The notes under the pieces were generated by a model. The model was not told the origin of the DNA. It did no database searches and saw nothing but the letters and a program-made list of their open reading frames with translations. From the NCBI GenBank assembly GCA_034660555.1, contig JAYEJL010000165.1, forward strand, positions 42,109-106,108: a stretch of 64,000 nucleotides of DNA, in the 5' to 3' direction. The first letter of the stretch is position 1. Every line of letters begins with the position of its first letter. The position numbers and the translations under genes were made by a program. The DNA comes from Thermotogota bacterium (GTDB taxonomy: Bacteria; Thermotogota; Thermotogae; Petrotogales; Kosmotogaceae). Of the stretch, positions 37,527 to 46,990 are shown piece by piece.

Positions 37527-39974
37527 ATGAAGTTATTTTATATCTTGATCTTTTTTTTAGTTTGTGTTTCAACCTTTTTTTCTTATGGATTATTGAAGTT
37601 CCCGAACGCTGATGTTTATTACGAAACAGGATATAAAGCAATTGCTGAAAAGGCTGGAACGATATTTGAGGAAATAAGGCCTCTGGCAATAGATCTGGTT
37701 GGCAATGATCCTGGAAAAATTAATATTGTTATAAAGGATATTGGAACTGTAACAAATGGCTATGCTGTCCCTCAATATCATAAAACTATTGCAATATACA
37801 CGTGGCCACCAGATAGCTATATAGCAATCAGATTGAACTCAGTGAGCTGGTTCAGACAGGTTATAATGCACGAATTCACCCATATAGTTCATCTCTCTTA
37901 CATATCGGGTGTTAATAGATTTCTTACTAATTTCTTCACCGGTTCAGAATTGCTGTCACCACAATTCTTTACTCCTTTCGGTGAATCTGTAACCTTATTG
38001 GCAGAATCCTCCATACATTTTGCTGAAGGCAGATTAAATAATCCGGTATGGAGCAGGGGCATGTATTTATCAAGTATAGAAGGTAATTATTTTCCTGATC
38101 TTGCTTATGCACTTGCAATAAATGATGAAGATTATAGAGGAGGATTTCTTTACTACAATTATCCCGCTGGATTCTATGAGTACCTGATCAATATGTATGG
38201 TTTATCAAAAGCCAAAAAATTTCATTCCATAGTTGCAAAAATGCCACCGATCCTTGGTGTTATTATCGCCTCAAACAAAGCTTTTGGAAAAGACATTAAT
38301 ATTCTATACAACGAGTGGAAAGAAACCTTGTCTAATAAATCTCCGATCAAACAGAGTAAATTCAAAGAAATTTATACAGTAAAAAATGGAAACATAACAG
38401 ATATTTGGTCAGATGATAAACTGTACCTTTCTTATGCAATTATGGGTAACGCTTCATCCTGGGATAATAAACATAGAATCAGCATAGCTTCTCTAAATGA
38501 GAAGGGCAAAACTTCAATAGAAATCAATGGTGCCCTTCCATTAAGAGCTAAAAGCGATAATGGCGTATTACTTACCATGCAAAACAATATTGAGGGGAGT
38601 GAATATACACGAACGCTGTGGAAAAAAGATGCAAATGGATGGGAAGAACTTTTCAAAGGAAATATCACTGCATTTGAAATAAATAATAAAGATATTTATA
38701 TAGCCTATTATGATCAAAAAAATGAAAGCAGTACACTTTTGAAGAACAATTCAGTATTCCTGGAAACAGAGTTTCACATTAAAGACATCGAAATATCTGA
38801 CGATGGAGAAATCGCGCTTCTTGTTGATAATGAGCAAAGACAGGGAAGTATAGCATTGATAAAACTCGGTGGTTTAGAGCTTGTTTTAGATGATCCGGTT
38901 TTCAAAAGTTCCTCCATTGAATGGTTCAACGGAAAATTAATCTTTCCTGCTGCTTACAATGAAAAGTATATGGATGCCTATGCTTTTGATCCTTATACAA
39001 AAAGGCTTTTTCAGTTAAGCGAAGGATTGTTTCTAGAGAAGATTGTTTACTTTAAAAATAAAATATATGCAATAGGAAACTCTCTTAAAAGTAAAGGTAT
39101 GGCTGTTTTTGAGCTGGAACCGCTTGAAAAAGATATTGCTATCCCGGAACTCAAAAATGCGGATCAAACAATTACTGTAGACTACGAAGAAGGTAATTTT
39201 GGACTTAATACAGCCAGATATTTCATAAATCCGGTAATTCATTTTCCTTTAGTAAGTTTTGGAAGCGATGGCTGCAAACTGGGGGTTGGCACCATACATA
39301 CTGATCCCTACGAAAAACACAGATTGATACTTAGTGGAGAGTATGATAGCAACAGCAAAAATTTTATATTTAATGCAGATTATAATTATAAAATGACAAA
39401 AAGATTATCAACCCAATTGAATGTTGAATTAACCCTCCCTTCATCAACGACAGGAACAGTTTCTCTGGAATACCTTGGACTTGATAAAATATTGAGACCT
39501 GGAATAACACTTAATGGTGCTCTTTCACTCCGTTACAATATTGGAAGTAACTTTGAAATTGCTTTAAAAAGTGTGCTAGCCGGAGATCAATGGAATGTCA
39601 ATATCAACCCCTACGTTCATCTTACTGAAGATTCGGTAATCCCAGAATTATCTTGTTCAATCTCAATGGCACCGACATTAAACACTTTGATAAAGGGATC
39701 ATTTAGTACTGATGAAAAACGCTGGACAATCTCTTTACTTCAAAATATTCTTGATATTCATTCTGGTAAAGTTCCCTGGCTTTTTGTATCAGAAATAGCT
39801 CTTGGTACAAGAATTAATGGAGTATCAAGCAACTTCGATAATGGTGTTCTATATGTAACCACCGGAATAAATGATACATGGGGTTTTGGCATAAGATTGT
39901 ACCCAAAGGTTGGTATTTCTATAGATGATGTATTAACAACTTCTCTGTTCTTAGAACTAAATATGCAACCATAA
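37527..39974 (+). CDS. secreted 815-aa protein: N-terminal zincin-like (HExxH) domain, beta-rich middle region, C-terminal beta-barrel-like region
   Basis: RBS GAGAGGAG. Signal-like N-terminus MKLFYILIFFLVCVSTFFSYG. HEFTH is encoded at 37869-37883 within RQVIMHEFTHIVHLSY. The C-terminal ~230 aa show alternating hydrophobic/polar beta-strand patterning. Confidence 0.7.
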   Translation: MKLFYILIFFLVCVSTFFSYGLLKFPNADVYYETGYKAIAEKAGTIFEEIRPLAIDLVGNDPGKINIVIKDIGTVTNGYAVPQYHKTIAIYTWPPDSYIAIRLNSVSWFRQVIMHEFTHIVHLSYISGVNRFLTNFFTGSELLSPQFFTPFGESVTLLAESSIHFAEGRLNNPVWSRGMYLSSIEGNYFPDLAYALAINDEDYRGGFLYYNYPAGFYEYLINMYGLSKAKKFHSIVAKMPPILGVIIASNKAFGKDINILYNEWKETLSNKSPIKQSKFKEIYTVKNGNITDIWSDDKLYLSYAIMGNASSWDNKHRISIASLNEKGKTSIEINGALPLRAKSDNGVLLTMQNNIEGSEYTRTLWKKDANGWEELFKGNITAFEINNKDIYIAYYDQKNESSTLLKNNSVFLETEFHIKDIEISDDGEIALLVDNEQRQGSIALIKLGGLELVLDDPVFKSSSIEWFNGKLIFPAAYNEKYMDAYAFDPYTKRLFQLSEGLFLEKIVYFKNKIYAIGNSLKSKGMAVFELEPLEKDIAIPELKNADQTITVDYEEGNFGLNTARYFINPVIHFPLVSFGSDGCKLGVGTIHTDPYEKHRLILSGEYDSNSKNFIFNADYNYKMTKRLSTQLNVELTLPSSTTGTVSLEYLGLDKILRPGITLNGALSLRYNIGSNFEIALKSVLAGDQWNVNINPYVHLTEDSVIPELSCSISMAPTLNTLIKGSFSTDEKRWTISLLQNILDIHSGKVPWLFVSEIALGTRINGVSSNFDNGVLYVTTGINDTWGFGIRLYPKVGISIDDVLTTSLFLELNMQP

Positions 39975-39994
39975 AAGATAGTAAAAATTCACCC

Positions 39995-40019
39995 GGGCAC
40001 TTTCAAAGTGCCCTTTTTT
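39995..40019 (+). terminator. rho-independent terminator
   Basis: GGGCACTT-(loop)-AAGTGCCC followed by TTTTTT. Confidence 0.8.
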
Positions 40020-40159
40020 ATCATAATAAACAAAAATACTATAAAACAAATAATTCTTGTAAATGTAAAGTTTCAAGTCAAATTTTAAGCAGGACTTTAT
40101 ATCGGGTATTAATTTTTGTTATAGTATTAGTGAAAAACATAACAAAAGGAGGAAACAAA

Positions 40160-40612
40160 ATGTCTGATGCAAAATTTAGAATAAGAGCTACTTCAGAAAA
40201 CGCAACAAAAACAAAAGTAAAGGCGAGAAACTTCGAAATGATATTGGACGAGCCAGACCAATTTGGTGGTACAAATGAGGGAGCCACACCGGTTGAATAT
40301 GTTCTTGCATCTCTCGCAGGTTGTCTAAATGTGGTAGGCCATATGGTAGCAAAAGAATTGGATTTTGAGATAAGAGATCTTTCATTTGACATTTCTGGAC
40401 CACTAAACGCAGACAAAGCTTTTGGTAAAGATACAAAGGATAGAGCAGGCTACAAAAACATTGATGTTACTATCAAGATTGATGCCGATGCTGATGAAGA
40501 TATATTAAACAAGTGGGTAGAAATGGTTGAAAGCAGATGCCCTGTTTCTGATAACTTACACAACAAGACACCACTTAATATATCTCTAAAAACCATTGTT
40601 GAAGCAGAATAA
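40160..40612 (+). CDS. OsmC/Ohr-family peroxiredoxin-like protein
   Basis: The track ORF starts at 40130. The ATG at 40160 lies 7 nt after AAGGAGG and is preferred. Contains the two conserved Cys contexts LASLAGCLNVV and SRCPVSDNL. Confidence 0.85.
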   Translation: MSDAKFRIRATSENATKTKVKARNFEMILDEPDQFGGTNEGATPVEYVLASLAGCLNVVGHMVAKELDFEIRDLSFDISGPLNADKAFGKDTKDRAGYKNIDVTIKIDADADEDILNKWVEMVESRCPVSDNLHNKTPLNISLKTIVEAE

Positions 40613-40632
40613 GTAGAATATTTTTAATTGAC

Positions 40633-40657
40633 TGCCCCCTTTTTGGGGCATTTTTTT
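40633..40657 (+). terminator. rho-independent terminator
   Basis: TGCCCC-(loop)-GGGGCA followed by T7. Confidence 0.8.
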
Positions 40658-40776
40658 GTTAAATAAACCTGGTTGATATCAGCAAAAGTTAATAAATATA
40701 TTGAGAAATACTCACTTCATCACTTTTCAGAGACTCTAGGTACAACTAAGTAAAAATAGAGCCATCAAATCACATT

Positions 40777-40804
40777 TTGTTATTAGGAGAGTTAGTTTTA
40801 TAAT
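40777..40804 (+). promoter_or_regulatory. candidate promoter of the LacI-family/sugar ABC/GH42 operon
   Basis: TTGTTA (40777-40782), a 16-nt spacer, then TATAAT (40799-40804). Confidence 0.5.
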
Positions 40805-40810
40805 GTATAC

Positions 40811-40835
40811 GTTAACGATAACTGTTAACGATAAC
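40811..40835 (+). promoter_or_regulatory. tandem 12-bp direct repeat GTTAACGATAAC x2; candidate operator
   Basis: GTTAACGATAAC (40811-40822), T, GTTAACGATAAC (40824-40835). It begins 7 nt after the -10 box and ends 13 nt before the lacI-family ATG. Contains the palindromes CGTTAACG and GTTAAC. Confidence 0.45.
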
Positions 40836-40848
40836 GTAGGGGGTAGCT

Positions 40849-41802
40849 ATGGGTAGAGTTACGTTAAAAGATGTTGCTGAAAAAGCTGGGACATCAATGA
40901 TGACAGTATCAAGAGTAATAAATAGGAAACCCGGGGTTGGAAAAGAAACCCAGGAAAAAATCATAAAGATTATTGATGAACTTGGTTACAGGCCCCACGC
41001 TGATGCCCGTGCTTTACGTAGCGGAAAAACAGGTCGTATAGGTGTTGTGGTGTCCGATATAAGAAACCCTTTTTACGCTGAACTGGTAGGGGATCTGGAG
41101 GATCTTGCTGAGGTAGAAGGTTATTCAATAATTGTAACAGATACAGGGCGTAAACTGGAACAGGAAAAAAAGGCCGTAGCTGATCTTACAGAAAGCGGTG
41201 TTGATTCAATAATAATAGCCCCTGAAGGTTACAATGTTGACCATTTGGTAGAAACAAAAAAATTTGGTACTTCGGTAGTTATTTTCGGTGTTCACTGTCA
41301 AAAACCATCATTACCCGAAGTCTGGATTGATGAGATTGAGGGCTCTAAACAGGCAGGGAGCTACTTTCGAAAAAAGAAGATTAATGATGTAGTTCTCATA
41401 ATGGGTAACCCCAGAAAATTCACAACAAGAGGGCGAGTAAAAGGTTTTGAAAAAGGCTTTGGAAAATCTGTAAACAGAAAAAATATTTTTTACCACCCTG
41501 TAGACTGGAAAACGGCTTACAACACCGTTAAAAATCTTAAAAAATTACCTGAAGCGATTTTTTGCTACAACGATCTCATGGCTATGGGTGTTATTAAGGC
41601 ACTGAATGAAAGAGGAGCTGTAATAGGTAAAGATGTACTGGTAATAGGATACGATGATGTTTTTTTCGCTGAATTAGCAGGATTAACAACGTTAAGAATC
41701 CCCAGAAAAGAAATGGTAAATAAAGCTTTCCAAATGGCACTAAATGGAGGTCAAGAAAAAGGAAGATACGTACCTGAATTTATTATGCGCAAAAGCGCTT
41801 AA
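40849..41802 (+). CDS. LacI-family transcriptional regulator
   Basis: 317 aa. N-terminal HTH VTLKDVAEKAGTSMMTVSRVINRKPGV, followed by a periplasmic-binding-protein-like sugar-binding core. Confidence 0.9.
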   Translation: MGRVTLKDVAEKAGTSMMTVSRVINRKPGVGKETQEKIIKIIDELGYRPHADARALRSGKTGRIGVVVSDIRNPFYAELVGDLEDLAEVEGYSIIVTDTGRKLEQEKKAVADLTESGVDSIIIAPEGYNVDHLVETKKFGTSVVIFGVHCQKPSLPEVWIDEIEGSKQAGSYFRKKKINDVVLIMGNPRKFTTRGRVKGFEKGFGKSVNRKNIFYHPVDWKTAYNTVKNLKKLPEAIFCYNDLMAMGVIKALNERGAVIGKDVLVIGYDDVFFAELAGLTTLRIPRKEMVNKAFQMALNGGQEKGRYVPEFIMRKSA

Positions 41803-41817
41803 CAGGAGGTGGATTTT

Positions 41818-43038
41818 GTGAAAAAGCTTTTACTGATTGTTTCATTGTTAATGTTTGCTCTGGTATCACTTGGAGCCAGTGAGTTGGTTATCAATTCCTA
41901 TATGTCCGACCCGGCACCGAGGAAGGTTTTTGCTGAACTGGTTGATCAGTTCAGAGAGGAGCATCCCGAATTAGAGGTTACTGTAAATACTTTTGCTCAC
42001 GAAGACTTCAAAACTTTACTCAGAACATGGTTGAATTCACCGGAGGCACCTGATGTTGCAACATGGTTCGCTGGTGAAAGAATGAGATATTTTGCAAGTA
42101 AAGGACTCCTTGAACCAATCGGCGATATCTTCGAAGGTGGATTTAGAGCATACTTTCCTGAAGCATTTAGAAGTGCTTCTGCATATGAAGATGAAATATA
42201 CTTCGTTCCTCAATCATGGTACTGGTGGGGCGTGTACTATCGTAAATCTGTTTTTGAAGAACTCAACATCCAGTCACCAATAACCTGGTCTCAATTTATT
42301 AAGGTTTGTGAAAAACTCAAAGAAAACGGATACATACCCATAACAATCGGTACAAAATATCTCTGGACAGCAGCAGGCTGGTTTGACTCTCTAAATATGA
42401 GAGTCAATGGAATCGAATATCACATGGATTTAACCAATGGTGATATTCCTTATACCGACGAAGGAATGGAAAAAGTATTTGATTACTGGAAAGAATTAAT
42501 TGAAAACGACTATTTCATTGATAACCATACGTCATACACATGGCAGGATGCTGCAAATTATTTGTTTACTGGCGAAGCTGGTATGTATCTCATGGGTCAG
42601 TTCATAAAGGATGTTGCCCCTGAGAACATAAAGGATGATCTTGACTTCTTCAGATTCCCGATAATCGATGGAGAAGTTGGGCTGTATGAAGATACTCCGA
42701 TTGATGGATTTATGATTCCAGCAAAGGCAAAAAATAAAGAAGCCGCGAAGACTTTCTTGAAGTTTATAGCTTCTAAAGAAGCCCAGCAATATTTTGCTGA
42801 AGAACTTGGAAGATTGGCAGCTAACAAGAATGTCCCTGCACCAGATGCTCATGCTCAAAAAGGACTTGAGATGATTCTCGAATCAGATGGTGTAATGCAA
42901 TTCTATGACAGAGACACAAATCCTGAAATGGCAGAAAAAGGTATGAACGGATTTGTAGAGTTTATGGTATATCCAAGAAGACTTGAAACTATACTTAAAA
43001 ATCTTGAAATGCATCGAATGCGCATATACTCTGAATAA
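41818..43038 (+). CDS. extracellular solute-binding protein (family 1) of a carbohydrate ABC transporter
   Basis: The track ORF starts at 41809, but that GTG overlaps the RBS AGGAGG. The GTG at 41818 is preferred (MKKLLLIVSLLMFALVSLGA signal). About 405 aa with SBP_bac_1-like sequence. Confidence 0.85.
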   Translation: MKKLLLIVSLLMFALVSLGASELVINSYMSDPAPRKVFAELVDQFREEHPELEVTVNTFAHEDFKTLLRTWLNSPEAPDVATWFAGERMRYFASKGLLEPIGDIFEGGFRAYFPEAFRSASAYEDEIYFVPQSWYWWGVYYRKSVFEELNIQSPITWSQFIKVCEKLKENGYIPITIGTKYLWTAAGWFDSLNMRVNGIEYHMDLTNGDIPYTDEGMEKVFDYWKELIENDYFIDNHTSYTWQDAANYLFTGEAGMYLMGQFIKDVAPENIKDDLDFFRFPIIDGEVGLYEDTPIDGFMIPAKAKNKEAAKTFLKFIASKEAQQYFAEELGRLAANKNVPAPDAHAQKGLEMILESDGVMQFYDRDTNPEMAEKGMNGFVEFMVYPRRLETILKNLEMHRMRIYSE

Positions 43039-43108
43039 GCATTGTTTTAATCAATGGGGGTTTGTAAAGCCCCCATTGTTTATTAGTTGAAATGTTGGAG
43101 GAAATTTG

Positions 43109-43978
43109 ATGATAGCAAAAAAATGGGTCCCATATGCTTTTCTAGCTGTACCTTTAACGATGTACTCAATCTGGGTGCTTTATCCAATAATCAGTACTTT
43201 TGTATTGAGCTTTACCAGCTGGGATGGTGTATCACCCACTATCAAATTTATTGGATTAGAAAACTTTGTAGAATTGTTTAATGATCCGTACTTTGGTGTG
43301 TCTGTTATAAACAACATAAAGTGGTTGGTTGGATTTACAGGTGTATGTGTTCCACTAGGTTTGTTAATTGCAATGCTACTTGATCAGAAATTCAAAGGTA
43401 CAAAAATATACAAGACCCTCATTTATTTACCAATGACTCTTTCTTTTGTCATTATCGGACAGATCTGGTTCTGGATCCTTGAACCAAGGCACGGAGCAAT
43501 AAATACCATTTTAAACATGCTTGGTCTTGAGTCCGTTGGTTGGTTGAGTGATCCAAATGTTGTAACATATTCTTTGATTTTGGCAGCATCGTGGCGTCAA
43601 ATATCCTATGCCATGGTTATTTATCTTGCTGGTTTGAAGCAGGTTCCAAACCAACTAATTGAAGCTGCGTGGGTAGATGGAGCAAATGCATGGAAAAGGT
43701 TTATCCATATAATCATTCCAATGCTAAAACCTGCTACTGTAGTTGCAATTACAGTAAGTATAATAGACTCCCTAAGAGCATTTGATATAGTTTACGTTCT
43801 TACCAGAGGCGGTCCTTTTTATTCCTCTAGCGTAATGGCAAATTATATGTACATACAGAGCTTTCATAACTACAGAATGGGTTATGGATCTGCAATTGCA
43901 GTAATACAGTTCCTTATCACACTTGGTTTTATTCTGTTCTACATGAGGTATGTGCTTAAATCGGAGGAAGAACGATGA
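43109..43978 (+). CDS. carbohydrate ABC transporter permease (MalF/UgpA type)
   Basis: The ATG at 43109 lies 7 nt after GGAGG. Six TM segments and the EAA loop EAAWVDGANAWKRFIHIIIPMLKP. Confidence 0.85.
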   Translation: MIAKKWVPYAFLAVPLTMYSIWVLYPIISTFVLSFTSWDGVSPTIKFIGLENFVELFNDPYFGVSVINNIKWLVGFTGVCVPLGLLIAMLLDQKFKGTKIYKTLIYLPMTLSFVIIGQIWFWILEPRHGAINTILNMLGLESVGWLSDPNVVTYSLILAASWRQISYAMVIYLAGLKQVPNQLIEAAWVDGANAWKRFIHIIIPMLKPATVVAITVSIIDSLRAFDIVYVLTRGGPFYSSSVMANYMYIQSFHNYRMGYGSAIAVIQFLITLGFILFYMRYVLKSEEER

Positions 43979-44796
43979 AAAAACTGCTTATTTTCTATAT
44001 TCTGGGCACACTGATCGTGTTGCTGTGGGTTTCACCTTTTATGATATCCTTTTTCACCTCAGTAAAAACAATGGATGAACTCATGGTAGAACATCAATGG
44101 TGGTTACCACCGGATATATGGCACTTCGAGAATTATGTCACAGCTTGGACCGATGCAAACATGGGAAGGTACTTTTTGAATACCTTTATAATAACAATAC
44201 CTTCAGTATTGGGTACCCTTTTTCTATCAAGTCTCGGTGCCTATGCTCTTGCCTGGTACAAATTCAAACTATCAAGAATATTGCTGATGGTATTTGTTGG
44301 AGGGATGCTGATACCATTTCAGATGCTCCTTATACCTGTTTACAGGTTATCACTAAGTATGAACATATACGATTCTTACCAGGGCGTAATATTGTTCCAT
44401 ATCGCTTTCCAGCTGGGTTTTTGCACATTCTTTTTAAGGAACTTTATGAAAACAATACCTTCAAGCATTTTTGATGCAGCCATGATTGATGGAGCATCAC
44501 ATTTTCTAATATATAGAAAACTGGTTTTGCCACTTGTAACACCTGCAATGGCTGCTCTTGGCATACTTGAGTTCACGTGGATCTGGAATGATTATTTATG
44601 GTCGCTGGTACTCATACAGAGTGATAAATACAAACCTGTTACTCTGGGACTGGTAAATTTACAGGGTCAATGGGTTACAAGCTGGAATGTAATGGCTGCT
44701 GGTGCAATAATTGCAGCTGTAGTACCTCTGATTGTATTTTTAATGTTCCAGAGATACTTCATAGAAGGCCTTACAGTCGGGAGTGTTAAAGGGTGA
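43975..44796 (+). CDS. carbohydrate ABC transporter permease (MalG/UgpE type)
   Basis: 273 aa with EAA loop DAAMIDGASHFLIYRKLVLPLVTP. Overlaps the upstream gene by 4 nt. Confidence 0.85.
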   Translation: MKKLLIFYILGTLIVLLWVSPFMISFFTSVKTMDELMVEHQWWLPPDIWHFENYVTAWTDANMGRYFLNTFIITIPSVLGTLFLSSLGAYALAWYKFKLSRILLMVFVGGMLIPFQMLLIPVYRLSLSMNIYDSYQGVILFHIAFQLGFCTFFLRNFMKTIPSSIFDAAMIDGASHFLIYRKLVLPLVTPAMAALGILEFTWIWNDYLWSLVLIQSDKYKPVTLGLVNLQGQWVTSWNVMAAGAIIAAVVPLIVFLMFQRYFIEGLTVGSVKG

Positions 44797-46667
44797 AGAC
44801 CAAACTTTACGGTGTTTGTTATTATCCCGAACACTGGGAAAAGGACAGATTGTCAGAAGATATTCGAATTATGAAAAACATAGGAATAAATGTTGCCAGA
44901 ATAGGAGAGTTTGCCTGGTCAATAGTTGAAAAAGAACCAGGAACATATGATTTTTCATTATTTGATCGAGTTATCACCGGGCTACGTAAGAACGACATAT
45001 TAGTTATCATTGGCACTCCAACTGCGACTCCCCCTGTTTGGCTCGTAAAAAGGCATCCCGATCTACTTCAAAAAGACGAAATGGGAAATACACGGCACAT
45101 TGGAAGTAGAAGACATTATTGCTTTAACTCCGATAGATATTTAGAATACGCAGAAAAAATAACAGAAGCTTATGCTAAACATTTCTCACAATTTGAGAAT
45201 GTGATTGGCTGGCAGATAGACAATGAATATGGCTGCCATGAAACAACTGTTTGCTACTGTGAAAATTGTGAAAGGGCATTTAGAAAATGGCTTAAGAAGA
45301 AATATGCTAATATTACTGAATTAAACAGGTCATGGGGAACGGTATTTTGGAGTCATTCATATAGTAATTGGGAGGAGATTGATCCACCATTGAAGACGGT
45401 ATCAGATGTGAATCCTGCTTTGTGGCTTGATTATCAACGTTTCTCATCTGATTCAGCCATAAATTTCCACAAAAAAATGTCCAAAATAGTTAAGGATTAT
45501 TCAGATCTACCTATCACACACAATCTGATGGTCAATTTCACTGAGATAGATTACAAAAAACTTTCCAGTGAAATAGATTTTGTGAGCTGGGATAACTACA
45601 TACCCGGAGAATATGATCATGATTTACAGGCTATGAATCATGATTTGATGCGTTCATTAAAGGATCGTAAATTCGTTGTTATGGAACAACAACCAGGCAG
45701 GGTTAATTGGAGAAAAATTAACGAATTTCACAAACCAGAACAGCTGGAGTTCTGGATAAATCAGTCATTTGCACATGGAGCAAATGGTACGATAATTTTT
45801 AGATATCGACAGCTTCCTTATGGATCAGAGCAGTTTCACTCGGGACTTGTCGATTATTCAGGTGAAGTGACTTCAAGAGGTGAGTCATTTAAAGAAATAA
45901 TCGAAAGAAACAATAAAATTGAATTTAACTATCCTGAAAAGGAAATCGCCATTTATATAGATTATGAAAATTTTTGGATAGATAGAACACAGGGAATAAA
46001 TAACTATTTCGATTTATTGAACAATGGCATATTTCCTATATACAAAGCTATAAGAAGCTTCGGTTACAATGTGGATTTTGTGTTTACCAATACAGATCTA
46101 TCACCTTACAAATTAGTAGTAGTACCATCAGCTTATTATTTGAACGATTCATTTTTAGAAAAACTATTAACTTTCAAGGGAAAAATTTTGATTACCGCAA
46201 TGACCTCTTTAAAGGATGAAAACAACAATATAAAAACCGAAAAATCAAAACTTTTTTACGAATTAACCGGAGTAAAAATCAAAGATTTTGGTGGAATCAA
46301 TACAGTCGAAAAGCTTGTTTACAATAATCAAAGCTTTGAAGCTTCATATGTTTGTGAACTGGTCAATGCAACAGATGCTGAAATAACTGGAAGTTTCTCA
46401 TCTGGCGTTTTTGAGTCAAGTCCAGCAGTTACTAAAAAAAATAATACAATGTACGTTGCTACTGTACCTAACCTAAAGTTTTCACAAACCCTTCTAAAAA
46501 TGTTAGGTTTCAGATCAAGAAAGTCTTCTGGTGTGGAAATAGTTATACAAAAGGATGGTTCATTTCTCATATTAAATCCATCGAAGAAAAAAATTAGCAC
46601 AAAAGTTTTTCAAAATGAGCTGGAAATTGAACCATATCAATGTAAACAAAAAATCTCAACGGATTAA
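44793..46667 (+). CDS. GH42-family beta-galactosidase
   Basis: 624 aa. Contains YYPEHWEKDRLSEDIRIMKNIGINVARIGEFAWS, WQIDNEYG (acid/base Glu context) and the Cys cluster CYCENCERAFRKW. The GTG start overlaps the upstream stop. Confidence 0.9.
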   Translation: MKTKLYGVCYYPEHWEKDRLSEDIRIMKNIGINVARIGEFAWSIVEKEPGTYDFSLFDRVITGLRKNDILVIIGTPTATPPVWLVKRHPDLLQKDEMGNTRHIGSRRHYCFNSDRYLEYAEKITEAYAKHFSQFENVIGWQIDNEYGCHETTVCYCENCERAFRKWLKKKYANITELNRSWGTVFWSHSYSNWEEIDPPLKTVSDVNPALWLDYQRFSSDSAINFHKKMSKIVKDYSDLPITHNLMVNFTEIDYKKLSSEIDFVSWDNYIPGEYDHDLQAMNHDLMRSLKDRKFVVMEQQPGRVNWRKINEFHKPEQLEFWINQSFAHGANGTIIFRYRQLPYGSEQFHSGLVDYSGEVTSRGESFKEIIERNNKIEFNYPEKEIAIYIDYENFWIDRTQGINNYFDLLNNGIFPIYKAIRSFGYNVDFVFTNTDLSPYKLVVVPSAYYLNDSFLEKLLTFKGKILITAMTSLKDENNNIKTEKSKLFYELTGVKIKDFGGINTVEKLVYNNQSFEASYVCELVNATDAEITGSFSSGVFESSPAVTKKNNTMYVATVPNLKFSQTLLKMLGFRSRKSSGVEIVIQKDGSFLILNPSKKKISTKVFQNELEIEPYQCKQKISTD

Positions 46668-46755
46668 CTGCCATAACAAAATATATCACGTAATCCCCTA
46701 ACTAAAACACTTATATAGGATATAATCGAATGACCAAATATTTAACAATATTTTC

Positions 46756-46784
46756 TTGCCATATACAATTTGATATGATATAAT
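46756..46784 (+). promoter_or_regulatory. near-consensus sigma70-type promoter in a 314-bp intergenic region
   Basis: TTGCCA (46756-46761), a 17-nt spacer, then TATAAT (46779-46784), ~200 nt upstream of the next CDS. Confidence 0.5.
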
Positions 46785-46990
46785 TGTTTTTGTCAATGGA
46801 AGGAATCTCAGTTATTACAGAGAATGATACTGATTTGAACTATCAAAATAAGTGATTGATTATGCTTTCCAAATTACGACTGAATTCCTATTAATACATT
46901 TAACAACATTCAGACAAATGCTAGATTACTGAGTTTTTCAACCCAGAACGTTTTTATGTACCACGTTTTTGATTATAGGAGGTGTTTCAT

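Noticed and set aside
37432-37781. ORFs 37432-37689(-) and 37590-37781(-) in the groES/815-aa gene region
   Set aside because: They are antisense to the promoter and 5' end of the well-supported 815-aa ORF. Their translations are basic and low-complexity, and no RBS is present.
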